The position numbers and the translations under genes are program-made. The notes under the pieces were generated by a model. It did no database searches, was not told the origin of the DNA, and was given only the letters and a program-made list of their open reading frames with translations. DNA of 42,343 nucleotides from a virus (taxonomy: Duplodnaviria; Caudoviricetes): positions 1-42,343 of the IMG/VR virus record IMGVR_UViG_3300022897_000006; one strand, 5' to 3'. This document shows positions 15,421 to 24,746 of this stretch, one piece after another (within the stretch, counting starts at the first letter, position 1; every line of letters starts with the position of its first letter).

Positions 15421-17216
15421 GCCTTGCTCCTCGCTCTGATCTTCTCCACCACGGGGTCGATGACCCGCGTGGCTTGGACCTTATCCATGAGGTCTGACAG
15501 TTTTCCGGCCTTGCCCCCGGCCTTGGTGGCGAGGATCTTCTCCAGCTCCACCGACAACCCCAGGCGCCGCGCGTGCTCTTGCATCTCGGGCGACGGGACC
15601 GCCTTGCGCCAGGCGCGGCCCTTGTCCGCGAGCATGGCGCCGATGTCCCCACCCAGCTCCTGGGCGAGATCCTCGGCCAGCGCCATGGCCAGCTCCAGGT
15701 CCGGGGCCGTGGCGGCCATGTAGGTCCGGAACGCCCCGCGGCCCTCGCCCGGGGTAGCCGGCCGCCGCGCCCAGACCTTCCACCCGCGCTCGTGGACACC
15801 CTCGTCCGGTTGCTCCACCACGAACACGTAGCCCTGCGAGCGCTTGGCCGTGGGCAGGAACGGCACTCCGGCCTCCGTGAACTTCCAGGCCTTGCTGGAC
15901 GCCTGGACTATCGCGTCCCAGCGCTCAATCTTGACCGGCCCTCGGTACTCCACCAGCTCCTCGGCGTCCAGCTCTCGGCCGAGGTCCCACTCGTCCTCCA
16001 TCTGGGCCAGGCTCTTACCGTCCTGGCCGCCGGCCAGTGGCCGGTCCGAGAGGTCCGCGTACGTGGCCAGCTGGGTGGTCGTGTCCGCGACGCACAGCAG
16101 GATGCACTGCTGCTCTTCGCGCGGGGGAGCCTCGGCCGCCAGCCACGGTCGGAGCCCGCGGCCGACCATCTGGATGAACAGGGGGGCGCTCTTGGTGGGC
16201 CTGGCCACGATGACGCACATCGTCCGCGGCGAGTCCCAGCCCTCGGTCAGGACCATGGCGTTGCACACGACCGTGGTCACGCCGGCCTCGTAGCGCTCCA
16301 GGATGGCCCGGCGCTCGGACAGCGGCACCTTGTCCGAGATGACCTCGGCCTTGATCCCCTCGGCGTTGAAGGCGTCCGCGAACCGGTGGGCGCTGGCCAC
16401 CAGGGGAGCGAACAGGACCGTGGACGGGTACTCCACGAGATTGCCCAGGAGCCTGTCCACGGCCTTGTCCAGCCACGCCTGAACGACCAACTCGGGGGCC
16501 AGGGACTCGGCCATCTGGGTGTCCAGTGCCTCGCGGCCCTCGGCCAGCGTCACGTCCGGGATGGTGATCGTGTAGGGCACGAGATCGATCAGGTGGCCCT
16601 TCCGGATGGCCCAGGAGAGCGACCGGGTGAACGGCAGCGCTTGCCAGACCTGGCCGAGAGCCGCGCCGTCCGTGCGCGCCAGCGTGGCCGTGAGGCCGAG
16701 CACGGGGACACTGGGCTGGGTCCAGCCCGTATTGCGACAGTCCCAGCACCCTTCCGGGTCGCGGTTCGCACATGTGCAGTCCGGCAGGCCCCCGAAGCGC
16801 TCCAGAATGGCCCGGTAACTGGCCGCCGTGGCGTGGTGGCACTCGTCCACGATGATCAGGCCCACGTCCGTGATCTGGTCCATGCGACCGGGCTGGGTCA
16901 GGGTCGCCACGCTGGCCACCACGATGTCCGCGTCCACCTCGTTGGCCGTGGCCTTGACCACGCCGATGGACCAGCGGCCCTTGGTCACGGCGGCCATCGT
17001 CTTGACCGTCTGCCGGACAAGCTCATCCGTGTGGACGAGGAAGAGGACACGGCCGTTCATGGCCGCCCCCAGCCACTCGTCCGCCGCGCCGGCCGCGGTC
17101 ACGGTCTTGCCCAGTCCCGTGGCCATCTCGATGGCCACCCGGTTCACGTCCTCGCCAGCTAGGGTGTCCCAGAAAGCGGCCACTGCCTGGCGCTGGTAAT
17201 CACGCAAGATCGACAT
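15417..17216 (-). CDS. Superfamily 2 DExH helicase (ResIII plus helicase C-terminal type)
   Basis: LRDYQ Q-motif, ATGLGKT, DECHH, TAT, LTEGWDSP, QMVGRGLR; start MSILRDYQ at 17216 (TGATG overlap). Confidence 0.92.
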   Translation of the reverse strand: MSILRDYQRQAVAAFWDTLAGEDVNRVAIEMATGLGKTVTAAGAADEWLGAAMNGRVLFLVHTDELVRQTVKTMAAVTKGRWSIGVVKATANEVDADIVVASVATLTQPGRMDQITDVGLIIVDECHHATAASYRAILERFGGLPDCTCANRDPEGCWDCRNTGWTQPSVPVLGLTATLARTDGAALGQVWQALPFTRSLSWAIRKGHLIDLVPYTITIPDVTLAEGREALDTQMAESLAPELVVQAWLDKAVDRLLGNLVEYPSTVLFAPLVASAHRFADAFNAEGIKAEVISDKVPLSERRAILERYEAGVTTVVCNAMVLTEGWDSPRTMCVIVARPTKSAPLFIQMVGRGLRPWLAAEAPPREEQQCILLCVADTTTQLATYADLSDRPLAGGQDGKSLAQMEDEWDLGRELDAEELVEYRGPVKIERWDAIVQASSKAWKFTEAGVPFLPTAKRSQGYVFVVEQPDEGVHERGWKVWARRPATPGEGRGAFRTYMAATAPDLELAMALAEDLAQELGGDIGAMLADKGRAWRKAVPSPEMQEHARRLGLSVELEKILATKAGGKAGKLSDLMDKVQATRVIDPVVEKIRARSKA

Positions 17217-17653
17217 CAGAGCCTCACCATCATCAGGGACAGCTCGGCCACCACGCGGGAGTGGAGCACGCCAGCCGTGGAGCCGGAGCAGAACGGGTAG
17301 CCGGGAACGGGCTCGCCATAGCAGACCAGGCAGGGCTTCTCGCTCTCGCCGGCCATGCCCATGAGTCCGCCCGGGAGCACGGTCCCGAGTGGGATCTCCG
17401 GCTCTACGATGCCGAGGCTCTGGTGGACGTAAAAGACCAGCGGGAACGCCCAGCCTGGCATGACGAATCGCCGCGGGACATAAGTCGTGATCGGTGGCAG
17501 CTCCATCACATCGATCGTGGCCAGGGTGTCCCAGGCCACCAGACCGGGGAACGAGTCGGCCGTCTGGACCGCGCGCCATTTGTGCGTAGTGATCCACTCC
17601 CCATGGAGGCGGCCACCCAGCGCCAGGCACGTCCACTGGCTGAAGGGGTCCAT
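17216..17653 (-). CDS. Hypothetical protein with C-terminal Cys/His cluster
   Basis: CLVC...C...H; coupled to neighbours. Confidence 0.7.
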   Translation of the reverse strand: MDPFSQWTCLALGGRLHGEWITTHKWRAVQTADSFPGLVAWDTLATIDVMELPPITTYVPRRFVMPGWAFPLVFYVHQSLGIVEPEIPLGTVLPGGLMGMAGESEKPCLVCYGEPVPGYPFCSGSTAGVLHSRVVAELSLMMVRL

Positions 17654-18201
17654 TACTCGCCCTCCTCGTCCTCGGGGACGGCCTCAGGCTCGGCCGCCTC
17701 CGGGTCCTGGGTGATATCCAGCTCCAGGTCCAGGCCGGGCTCCTCGTCCGTCTGCTCACGGATCTTGTCCGGCATGCTCCAGAGCACGCTGGCGAACATG
17801 TCCACGGCCTGGCCGGTATCGCCGCGCCGCACCCGGCAGGGTGTGGCCGCATCGAAGTCGTGCCAGGCGTTGACCTGAGGCTTACCGCCGGCCGCCGGCC
17901 GCCCGGTCTTGGGCATCGTGATCCGCACCTTGCCGGGCCTGTCCCAGGTACCCAGCGGGACCACGGCCGTGACCTCATACCAGCGGCCGAGCTTGGGCGA
18001 GAGGATCTGGTCACCCTCAACCACCTGGCCGTAGGTGATGTCCAGCTCCTGGAGCTGGGCGGGGGTCTTGGCCGCGCGCTCGGCCTGGAGCGCCTGGACG
18101 GTATCCCAGAGGGCACCCGACTGGATCAGAGACGGTCGCCGTTTCCAGGAGGCCGCCCAGCGCTCGGCCGCCGCAATCACCACGCGCTCGGCCGGGGTCA
18201 C
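17653..18201 (-). CDS. Hypothetical protein, acidic C-terminus
   Basis: GTGA overlap at 18198-18201. Confidence 0.7.
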   Translation of the reverse strand: MTPAERVVIAAAERWAASWKRRPSLIQSGALWDTVQALQAERAAKTPAQLQELDITYGQVVEGDQILSPKLGRWYEVTAVVPLGTWDRPGKVRITMPKTGRPAAGGKPQVNAWHDFDAATPCRVRRGDTGQAVDMFASVLWSMPDKIREQTDEEPGLDLELDITQDPEAAEPEAVPEDEEGE

Positions 18202-18434
18202 GGCCGCACCTGGCGGTCCACGTTCTGGGCTTCTACATTGCGCCCGAGCTGGATGGCCCGGTTGAGGGCGTTCACGTACTCCTGGAGCGCATCCAGGCCC
18301 CACAAGCGCTCGTATTCGGTGGACTGGTCCTTGATCTCGATCACGACCTCGCCCTGGGTCTTGCTCGGGCGCACCTGGATGTACTCCTGGCCGGGCACGT
18401 CCGTGATCGTGTAGCCCTCATCCTTGATGATCAT
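18198..18434 (-). CDS. Hypothetical protein
   Basis: ATGA-coupled. Confidence 0.7.
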   Translation of the reverse strand: MIIKDEGYTITDVPGQEYIQVRPSKTQGEVVIEIKDQSTEYERLWGLDALQEYVNALNRAIQLGRNVEAQNVDRQVRP

Positions 18435-18655
18435 GCTGCCCTGCTCCTCGGCTGGTAGGTCTTACGGCTGTAGGTCTTGCTCTGCTGGCGCCGGCAGGAC
18501 TTGCACCCGCCGTGATAGAAGCCCCGCCCGCGGCGCCGGTCCGGGTAGAACTCGTCCAGCGGCTGGGTCCGCTTGCACTGGTGACAGTGCATCTGGCCCC
18601 AGGGGGCCCGAGCGCAGGACTGGCAGTGCGGATAGCGAATGCGAATATCGGTCAC
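18431..18655 (-). CDS. Small Zn-finger protein (three CxxC pairs)
   Basis: CQSC, CHQC, CKSC; GTGA overlap. Confidence 0.7.
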   Translation of the reverse strand: MTDIRIRYPHCQSCARAPWGQMHCHQCKRTQPLDEFYPDRRRGRGFYHGGCKSCRRQQSKTYSRKTYQPRSRAA

Positions 18656-18864
18656 CGGGTGTTCACCTCGAACACGTAGGCGTCTGCCAACAGGTCGTAG
18701 CAGACCTGGCACATCGGCGTGTAGCGGTTGGGCAACTCGGAGTCCGGCAGCATCGCCAGGGGGTTGAGGCGCTCCCCCTGGGCCTCGCCCGTACACATCA
18801 CGGACGCTTGCGCCTGGCAGGGGCCGGTAACGGTGGGATCAGGAAGCGTGCTCGTGATTGCCAT
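18652..18864 (-). CDS. Small Cys-containing protein, first gene of the leftward operon
   Basis: ATG 18864 lies 6 nt after TATAGT; CQVC motif. Confidence 0.7.
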   Translation of the reverse strand: MAITSTLPDPTVTGPCQAQASVMCTGEAQGERLNPLAMLPDSELPNRYTPMCQVCYDLLADAYVFEVNTR

Positions 18865-18951
18865 ACGATCACTATAGCACAGGGAAGGGGTCTGACAAGA
18901 ACTATCCGGAGCAGTGCTGGCAACGGATCTACCTATGCTATAGTCAGCGGC
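18865..18951. promoter_or_regulatory. Divergent, probably leaderless promoter pair
   Basis: Minus strand TTGTCA-N16-TATAGT-N6-ATG; plus strand TGCTATAGT-N7-ATG. Confidence 0.75.
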
Positions 18952-20238
18952 ATGATAAACCTCAGTGACCAGCAACAGGCAGGCATCGACAAGATCAGGG
19001 CCTGGTACTCAGGTGCCGGGGACGGCTTTAGCGCGGACGTGTTCCGCCTGTTCGGTCCCGCCGGCACGGGCAAGACCACGATGGCCAAGGCCATCCCCGA
19101 GGCGCTCGGCGCCAAGACCGTATTCGGCGCCTTCACCGGCAAGGCCGCCCACGTACTGCGGACCAAGGGCGCCAGCCCGGTCTCCACCATCCACTCGGCC
19201 ATCTACTTTCCCACCACCAGCAAGGAGGCCGTGGACGCTCTCCGGGCCGCTCGGAGTGAGCTGTACGAGCTGGAGCAGGCGCTGGACCGCCTCGGGGACG
19301 GCGCCGTGGCAACACGAAAGGCCGAGCTGGAGGCCCAACTCCCCGCCCTGGAGCACGCCGCGCGGCAGATCGGCTGGGAGCTGAACCTGGAGAGCGAGTG
19401 GGCCCAGGCGGACCTCATCATCCTGGACGAGGTGTCCATGGTCGGCGCCAAGCTGGCGGCCGACATCGAGGCCCTGGAGGTGCCCATCCTCGTGCTGGGC
19501 GACCCTGCCCAGTTGCCGCCGGTCGAGGGGGGCGGCTACTACACGGACGCCGAGCCGGACTACCTGTTGACCGAGCCGCACCGGTTCTTCCTGGAAAGCC
19601 AGGTCGGCGAAAAGGCCACCCGGGTGCGACTCAGTCAAGGACCCGAACTGGGCATGACGCCGGCCGACCGGGAGGCCCCAAGCGTGCGTGCGGCCATGGA
19701 GGCGGATCAGGTGCTGGTCTGGAGCAACAAACGCCGCTGGACCATGGTCAACGCCATCCGTAAGAACCTGGACCGTCCGCTGGACCAGGTGGTGGCTGGG
19801 GACCGCATCATGTGCCTGACCAACAACAAGGACCTGGCGGTCTTCAACGGCCAGCAATTCCAGGTGCTCGACACCCAGCCCGGGGCGCTCGGCCCCACGC
19901 TGACCGTGCTCGACCTGGACAACGGCGTGGAGCGGACCATCCCGGTCTACGCGGACGGGTTCCAGGGCCAGGAAGCCCAGGTGGCCGCCAAGAACTCGGG
20001 CGCCGGGATGCGGTCGCAGCGGATGCTCGCGACGTTCGCCCAGGCCATCACCGTGCACAAGGCCCAGGGCAGCCAGTGGGGGCACGTCTACGTGGTGGAC
20101 GAGACACCCACGATGATCTGGGCCGCCGGCAAGAAGGAGGGGCCGCGCCGCGCGGTCGACCAGGCGCGGCAGTGGATGTATACGGCCGTCACCCGCGCGT
20201 CTGATCGAGTGACCGTCAGCCAGCCCGGCAGGCGGTAG
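18952..20238 (+). CDS. RecD/Dda-like superfamily 1B helicase
   Basis: GPAGTGKTT, AFTGKAA, STIHS, DEVSMV, GDPAQLPPV, AITVHKAQGSQW, YTAVTRA. Confidence 0.93.
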   Translation: MINLSDQQQAGIDKIRAWYSGAGDGFSADVFRLFGPAGTGKTTMAKAIPEALGAKTVFGAFTGKAAHVLRTKGASPVSTIHSAIYFPTTSKEAVDALRAARSELYELEQALDRLGDGAVATRKAELEAQLPALEHAARQIGWELNLESEWAQADLIILDEVSMVGAKLAADIEALEVPILVLGDPAQLPPVEGGGYYTDAEPDYLLTEPHRFFLESQVGEKATRVRLSQGPELGMTPADREAPSVRAAMEADQVLVWSNKRRWTMVNAIRKNLDRPLDQVVAGDRIMCLTNNKDLAVFNGQQFQVLDTQPGALGPTLTVLDLDNGVERTIPVYADGFQGQEAQVAAKNSGAGMRSQRMLATFAQAITVHKAQGSQWGHVYVVDETPTMIWAAGKKEGPRRAVDQARQWMYTAVTRASDRVTVSQPGRR

Positions 20239-20261
20239 GGTCAGGCACCCGAGACAAGGAG

Positions 20262-20292
20262 AAGGCCCCGGGGCGGTCAACCCCGGGGCCTT
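20262..20292 (+). terminator. Stem-loop after helicase
   Basis: AAGGCCCCGGGG / CCCCGGGGCCTT arms. Confidence 0.7.
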
Positions 20293-20340
20293 GCACGCAC
20301 GCACAACAGCGTCACCAACCAGCAGGGAGCGTACCCAACT

Positions 20341-22974
20341 GTGACCGATCTGTCACATGAACAAGAGCGAGCACTGAAAATCGCGGCCGGGCTCGCCCTG
20401 GCCGGAGCGCCGATCTTCTCGGCCTACCGCAACTCCTCCGAGCCGGGTGAGTTTCTCTACCCGAGCGGGTGGCAGGACATCCGGGGCGGAGAGCAGAGCC
20501 TCAACTGGATCAACCGCTGGCGACCCGGCATGGCCTTGTGCATGGTCACCGGCGTGCTGCTGGACGTGCTCGACGTGGACCCCCGCAATGGCGGCCTGGA
20601 CGGCTACCGGGAGCTGGTGGACGCCGATGCCTGGCCGCCCTCGATCGGCCAGACGCGCACACCCAGCGCCGGCAACCATCACCTGATCCCGCGGACACAC
20701 CTCGCCAAGGGAAAGCCCGCCCAGGGCATCGACCTTCAGGCGGGCGCCGATGACGGGAGTGGCCGTGGCTTCGTGTTCCTGCCGCCCACGGTGCGCCCCA
20801 GCAAGTACGGCGAGCACCTGGGCCAGGACAGGGCCTACGAGTGGGAGATCGAGCCCGACGTGAGCAGCGATGTCATGGAGCTGGCAGCCGCCGCGCCGGC
20901 CCACCGGCAGTTGATCATCGTATCCACCCGGGCCAGGGCGCCCAAGCGGGTGGTCCGGCCGCCCACTGACGACCGGGACGATTCGGACGCCTTCTACGAC
21001 GATGCCGAAGCAGGGATCTGGAGCGCGGCCGAGGCCGATCGGATCATCACGGGCCAGCTGGCGGCCGTGGCCGCCGCCAGGGAGGGGGAGATCAACAGCG
21101 CGCTGGGGGGCGCGGCCAGGGTGCTCGGGCGCTTCGTGGCCGGAGGCTGGCTGGCTGAAGATCGCGCGGCGGAGATGCTGCTGGACGCTCTGGAGGCTGG
21201 TGGCGTCCACTCGGACCGCTGGAACCGGGAGCACGGCAAGAGTTGGACGGCGGCCACGTGCATCGGCGCAGGCCTGGCTCGCGGCGCCGAGGAGCCCTGG
21301 ACGGTAGTGTCCGAGTCGGCGCCCGCTCCGGTGGCTGGAGCCCCCGTCGTAGACGCGGCCCCGGAGCGGGTTGTCCCGTCCGTGGCGTTCCCGCGCCTGA
21401 TGATCACCAGCGCGGCCGAGATGACCTACTGGCTCCAGAGCGTGCTGGGCTCGGGCTCGCTCTCGGGTTTCTTCCTGCGCAACGGGGCCGTGGTCCACAC
21501 GCCGCTGGTCAACGAGATCGGTTACGTGGAGCCGCGCGACGACGCCGACGACAACGGTCCGGCCCAGATCCAGGCAGTCTCCGCCGGCCAGCTCACAGCC
21601 AAGATCCAGTACGCGCACGCGTGCTACAAGAGCGTGGACGTGAAGGACGAGGCGGGCAAGAAGACCGGGGAGAAGACGGACGTGCCCGCCCTGTTCCCGC
21701 TGGAGGCCAGCAAGCGCGCCGTGGACGCGCCGGAGGCCATGGGGATGCTGCGGACACTGCGGGGGATCACGCACACGCCGATGGTGCGCGCGGACGGGAC
21801 CGTGCTCGCGGCCCCGGGCTACGACCGGGCCAGTGGATACCTCTTCCTGCCAGGGCCAGGAGTCAAGGTGCCGCCGGTGCCCGAGGCGCCCACGCCGGCC
21901 GAGGTGGAGGCGGCGGTCGCGCTGCTGGACGAGATGACCGCGGGATTCCCGTGGGTGGGCCCCGATGACAAGATCAACTATTACGGGGCTCTGCTCACAC
22001 CGCTGCTGCGGCTGGTCTGCCCGCCCACCTACAAGATGTTCGGCATCGGCGCCCACCAACCGGGCTCGGGCAAGACCCTGCTGGCGGACGTGCTCACCAT
22101 CCTGCACGGCGGCGTGTTGCGCTCGGAGATGCCCGAGGACGAGGCCGAGATGCGCAAACAGGCGACCAGCATCCTGGCCGGGACCTCGGCGCCGGTGGTG
22201 CACATCGACAACGTCACGGGGGTACTCCGGAGCTCCACCCTGGCCGGGCTACTGACCGCCGGCCAGGCCACCAGTGACCGGGAGCTGGGCTCGACCAGGA
22301 TGCTGACCACGGTCAACGACCGTATGTGGGTGGTCACCGGCAACAACCTGTCCCTGGGCGGAGACCTCGTCCGGCGCACGATCATCATCACGATCGATCC
22401 CGACATGGCCAACCCGGAGACCAGGTCATTCGCGATCAAGGACCTCAAGGCGTGGACCAACACCAACCGCAACCGGGTGCTGCACGCGCTGTTGACCATC
22501 ATCCGGGCGTGGGTGGCCGCCGGCCGCCCGCTCCAGGACCGGGCACAGTCGGACTCGTTCGCGACCTGGGAGGCGACCGTGGGCGGCATTCTGGCCGTGG
22601 CGGGCGTGCCGGGCTCGTTCGACGCCGAGAGCGGCAAGAAGGCGGCCGTGGGTGGCGATGACGATGGGCTGGCCGTGCTGCTGGAGACGCTGCACGAGCG
22701 TTTCGGGAGTGGGACCTGGACCGTGGCCGACGCCCTCTCAGCGACCGTGAGCGGCGACGTGGGCGATTTCGTGACCGAGAACCGGGACTGGCTCCCCAGC
22801 TCCGTCCTGGACAAGCTGGCGCGCTCCGAGCCGAGCGGGCGCAAGTCGTTCGGCAGATGGCTCCTGAACCGGCTCGGGCGCTGGGTCTCCACCGAGGAGG
22901 GCGCCGCTCTCGTGCTCCGGGAGGCGGGCAAGGACCCGTACAAGGTCAGGCTCTGGAAGATCGAACAGCGGTAG
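20341..22974 (+). CDS. Bifunctional primase-polymerase (Prim-Pol) fused to a P-loop helicase
   Basis: LDVLDVDPRNGG and RTPSAGNHH AEP motifs; QPGSGKTLL Walker A; HIDNV; VTGNN. Confidence 0.9.
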   Translation: MTDLSHEQERALKIAAGLALAGAPIFSAYRNSSEPGEFLYPSGWQDIRGGEQSLNWINRWRPGMALCMVTGVLLDVLDVDPRNGGLDGYRELVDADAWPPSIGQTRTPSAGNHHLIPRTHLAKGKPAQGIDLQAGADDGSGRGFVFLPPTVRPSKYGEHLGQDRAYEWEIEPDVSSDVMELAAAAPAHRQLIIVSTRARAPKRVVRPPTDDRDDSDAFYDDAEAGIWSAAEADRIITGQLAAVAAAREGEINSALGGAARVLGRFVAGGWLAEDRAAEMLLDALEAGGVHSDRWNREHGKSWTAATCIGAGLARGAEEPWTVVSESAPAPVAGAPVVDAAPERVVPSVAFPRLMITSAAEMTYWLQSVLGSGSLSGFFLRNGAVVHTPLVNEIGYVEPRDDADDNGPAQIQAVSAGQLTAKIQYAHACYKSVDVKDEAGKKTGEKTDVPALFPLEASKRAVDAPEAMGMLRTLRGITHTPMVRADGTVLAAPGYDRASGYLFLPGPGVKVPPVPEAPTPAEVEAAVALLDEMTAGFPWVGPDDKINYYGALLTPLLRLVCPPTYKMFGIGAHQPGSGKTLLADVLTILHGGVLRSEMPEDEAEMRKQATSILAGTSAPVVHIDNVTGVLRSSTLAGLLTAGQATSDRELGSTRMLTTVNDRMWVVTGNNLSLGGDLVRRTIIITIDPDMANPETRSFAIKDLKAWTNTNRNRVLHALLTIIRAWVAAGRPLQDRAQSDSFATWEATVGGILAVAGVPGSFDAESGKKAAVGGDDDGLAVLLETLHERFGSGTWTVADALSATVSGDVGDFVTENRDWLPSSVLDKLARSEPSGRKSFGRWLLNRLGRWVSTEEGAALVLREAGKDPYKVRLWKIEQR

Positions 22975-23021
22975 GCGGTATGTACGGATTGGCCCCTGTC
23001 TCGGACGAGATGGGGGCCTTT

Positions 23022-23174
23022 TCGATCTGGGGGTTACGGGGGTTTCGGGGGTTTTATTTGGCGGAGGCCCGACCAGTATTCGGACTATCATCACATTTTG
23101 GAGACACACCCGCGTAGAAGTGGTGGCAGGGGGACCAAATAAAACCCCCGAAACCCCCGTAACCCCCAGATCGA
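23022..23174. repeat. Perfect 40-bp inverted repeat with 9-bp iterons; candidate replication origin
   Basis: TCGATCTGGGGGTTACGGGGGTTTCGGGGGTTTTATTTGG at 23022-23061 and its reverse complement at 23135-23174; directly after primase-helicase. Confidence 0.85.
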
Positions 23175-23229
23175 GGTCCACCAGGTTTTGACGTGCCCGG
23201 CCTGGCTCGCATGCGTTGAGGGGGAAGGG

Positions 23230-23250
23230 TTCGTGTGCTATAGTCTAGGT
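23230..23250 (+). promoter_or_regulatory. Repeated phage promoter motif, probably leaderless
   Basis: TCGTGTGCTATAGTCTAGGT directly followed by ATG 23251. Confidence 0.75.
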
Positions 23251-23715
23251 ATGGAGATTAAGACACTGGACGAGGCGGACCAGCGCTGGGCGGACCGGGC
23301 CGTGGCCCACGTGGGTGATGAGTTCGTCCTGCGCCGCGCCCAGCGGTTCGCCGGGTACGTGAGTGAACTGGCGACCGCGCGAGTCATGCTGGCCATCGAG
23401 CGCGGCACCGTGATCAAGAAGACCGCCACGGGCTGGAAGGCGCCGGCCGGTAGCCCGCTCCCCAAGAACCTGGGGACCATCGTCAACGAGATGATCCGTA
23501 CGGGCCTGCTCCGGGACTACCGCGATCCGCGCACGGACAAGCACACGCTCATCCCGGCCAAGACCCACCTGGATGACGGGTACCGGACCAGCCTGTGTCT
23601 GTTCGCCGGTGAAGACCTGGGGCCGATGCGGGCGCGACTGGTCAAGGATCTGGACCTCGTGGACTGCCTGGAGTGTGAGGCGGTCTATATCGCTCGCGGG
23701 ATTCCTAGGCTATAG
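23251..23715 (+). CDS. Hypothetical protein (C-terminal CxxC)
   Basis: Start chosen from promoter spacing; high-GC3 codon usage. Confidence 0.75.
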   Translation: MEIKTLDEADQRWADRAVAHVGDEFVLRRAQRFAGYVSELATARVMLAIERGTVIKKTATGWKAPAGSPLPKNLGTIVNEMIRTGLLRDYRDPRTDKHTLIPAKTHLDDGYRTSLCLFAGEDLGPMRARLVKDLDLVDCLECEAVYIARGIPRL

Positions 23716-23722
23716 TGTACCT
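23708..23722 (+). promoter_or_regulatory. Promoter motif core, probably leaderless
   Basis: GGCTATAGT-N6-ATG 23723. Confidence 0.6.
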
Positions 23723-24043
23723 ATGACTACCAAGACCAAGGCGCCGGACATCCCCAACGCGGCGTACCCGAACGGTGGCTACCCGAGTAAGGGCGCCCGC
23801 CTCGGTCCCGCGTGGGCGGATATCTGGCGAGCCTTCGCCAAGGACCCTGAGGCGTTTCACGACGCCTACCCCATCGCCGAGCGCGTGGCGGCCAAGCACG
23901 AGTTGGCCACCTCCACGCTCATCGGCCTGATCAAGCGAGCCGCAACCGCCGGCCTTCTCGACCGCGAGGCCAAGATGGTCAACACCGGCAAGCGCGGCAA
24001 CCGTGCCCGGACGCATTACCGCATCCACGAGGATGCCTCGTGA
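23723..24043 (+). CDS. Putative winged-helix DNA-binding protein
   Basis: VAAKHELATSTLIGLIKRAATAGLLDRE...RTHYRI pattern. Confidence 0.6.
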   Translation: MTTKTKAPDIPNAAYPNGGYPSKGARLGPAWADIWRAFAKDPEAFHDAYPIAERVAAKHELATSTLIGLIKRAATAGLLDREAKMVNTGKRGNRARTHYRIHEDAS

Positions 24044-24255
24044 CCGCGCCGGCCGAGATCACCATCCCGGTGGACGAGGAGACCGCTCGGCGTCTGGGAG
24101 CAGACGCTGAGGCGGTCCACTCGTACATGATCCAGATCGGCACCATGCCTGCCGCCGGTCGCTGGTACGTGGTGGGCTGGGCGGGCCTGCTGGGTGGCTC
24201 GATCATGGTCACCTTGCGGCAGGAGACCGAGGACCAGCCGGAGATCGTGCGATGA
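24040..24255 (+). CDS. Hypothetical protein
   Basis: GTGA/ATGA coupling on both sides. Confidence 0.7.
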   Translation: MTAPAEITIPVDEETARRLGADAEAVHSYMIQIGTMPAAGRWYVVGWAGLLGGSIMVTLRQETEDQPEIVR

Positions 24256-24746
24256 CCGCCACCGTGGATCTCTGGACGCCCCCGGCCGGGATGCGGCCCG
24301 CGGACGTGACCGCGTGGCGGGCCTTCTATCGCCGCGGGCTCTCGGGCGAGGCGGGCTACACGATCACGCCCGCCCAGTACCGGCTGCTGTACGTGGCCCA
24401 GAAAGGCCGCTGCTGGATCTGCCGCAAGGCCAAGGGCATCCACCCGGATGATCCCAACGCCCGCGGCACGCGGCGCCTGGGCGTGGACCACGATCACTTC
24501 ACCGGCCAGGTCCGTGGGCTGCTCTGCACGGGCGGGGACAAGACCTGTAACCGCATCATCGGGTGGTTGAGTCACGCGGCCCTGGAGCGCGCCGTGGGCT
24601 ACCTGGAGCGCCCGCCGGCTAGGGTGCTCTCCTGGGTGCGCGACCAGGAGCAACGGGCCAACCGTGACGGGATCGGCCTCGATCAGGAGAGCTTGGACGG
24701 CCTCGTGGTGGCATATCTCTGGGGTGTCGAGGAGCCCGAGGACTGA
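24252..24746 (+). CDS. Endonuclease VII-like Holliday junction resolvase
   Basis: QKGRCWIC...LGVDHDHFTGQVRGLLC...CNRIIG. Confidence 0.9.
   Translation: MTATVDLWTPPAGMRPADVTAWRAFYRRGLSGEAGYTITPAQYRLLYVAQKGRCWICRKAKGIHPDDPNARGTRRLGVDHDHFTGQVRGLLCTGGDKTCNRIIGWLSHAALERAVGYLERPPARVLSWVRDQEQRANRDGIGLDQESLDGLVVAYLWGVEEPED

Noticed and set aside
17217-18116. 899-aa helicase with a long N-terminal extension (ORF track)
   Set aside because: The extension overlaps two coupled real genes in other frames; the helicase Q-motif begins at 17216
18424-18951. N-terminal extension of the RecD-like helicase
   Set aside because: Overlaps minus-strand genes and the divergent promoters; ATG 18952 fits promoter spacing
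20353-22203. Long antisense ORFs (also 15573..17162, 31621..33117, 37397..39241, 39950..41317)
   Set aside because: Shadow frames expected from high-GC3 coding; no RBS or recognisable motifs
23022-23174. MITE or IS terminal inverted repeats
   Set aside because: No transposase or evident target-site duplication; iteron structure and position favour an origin
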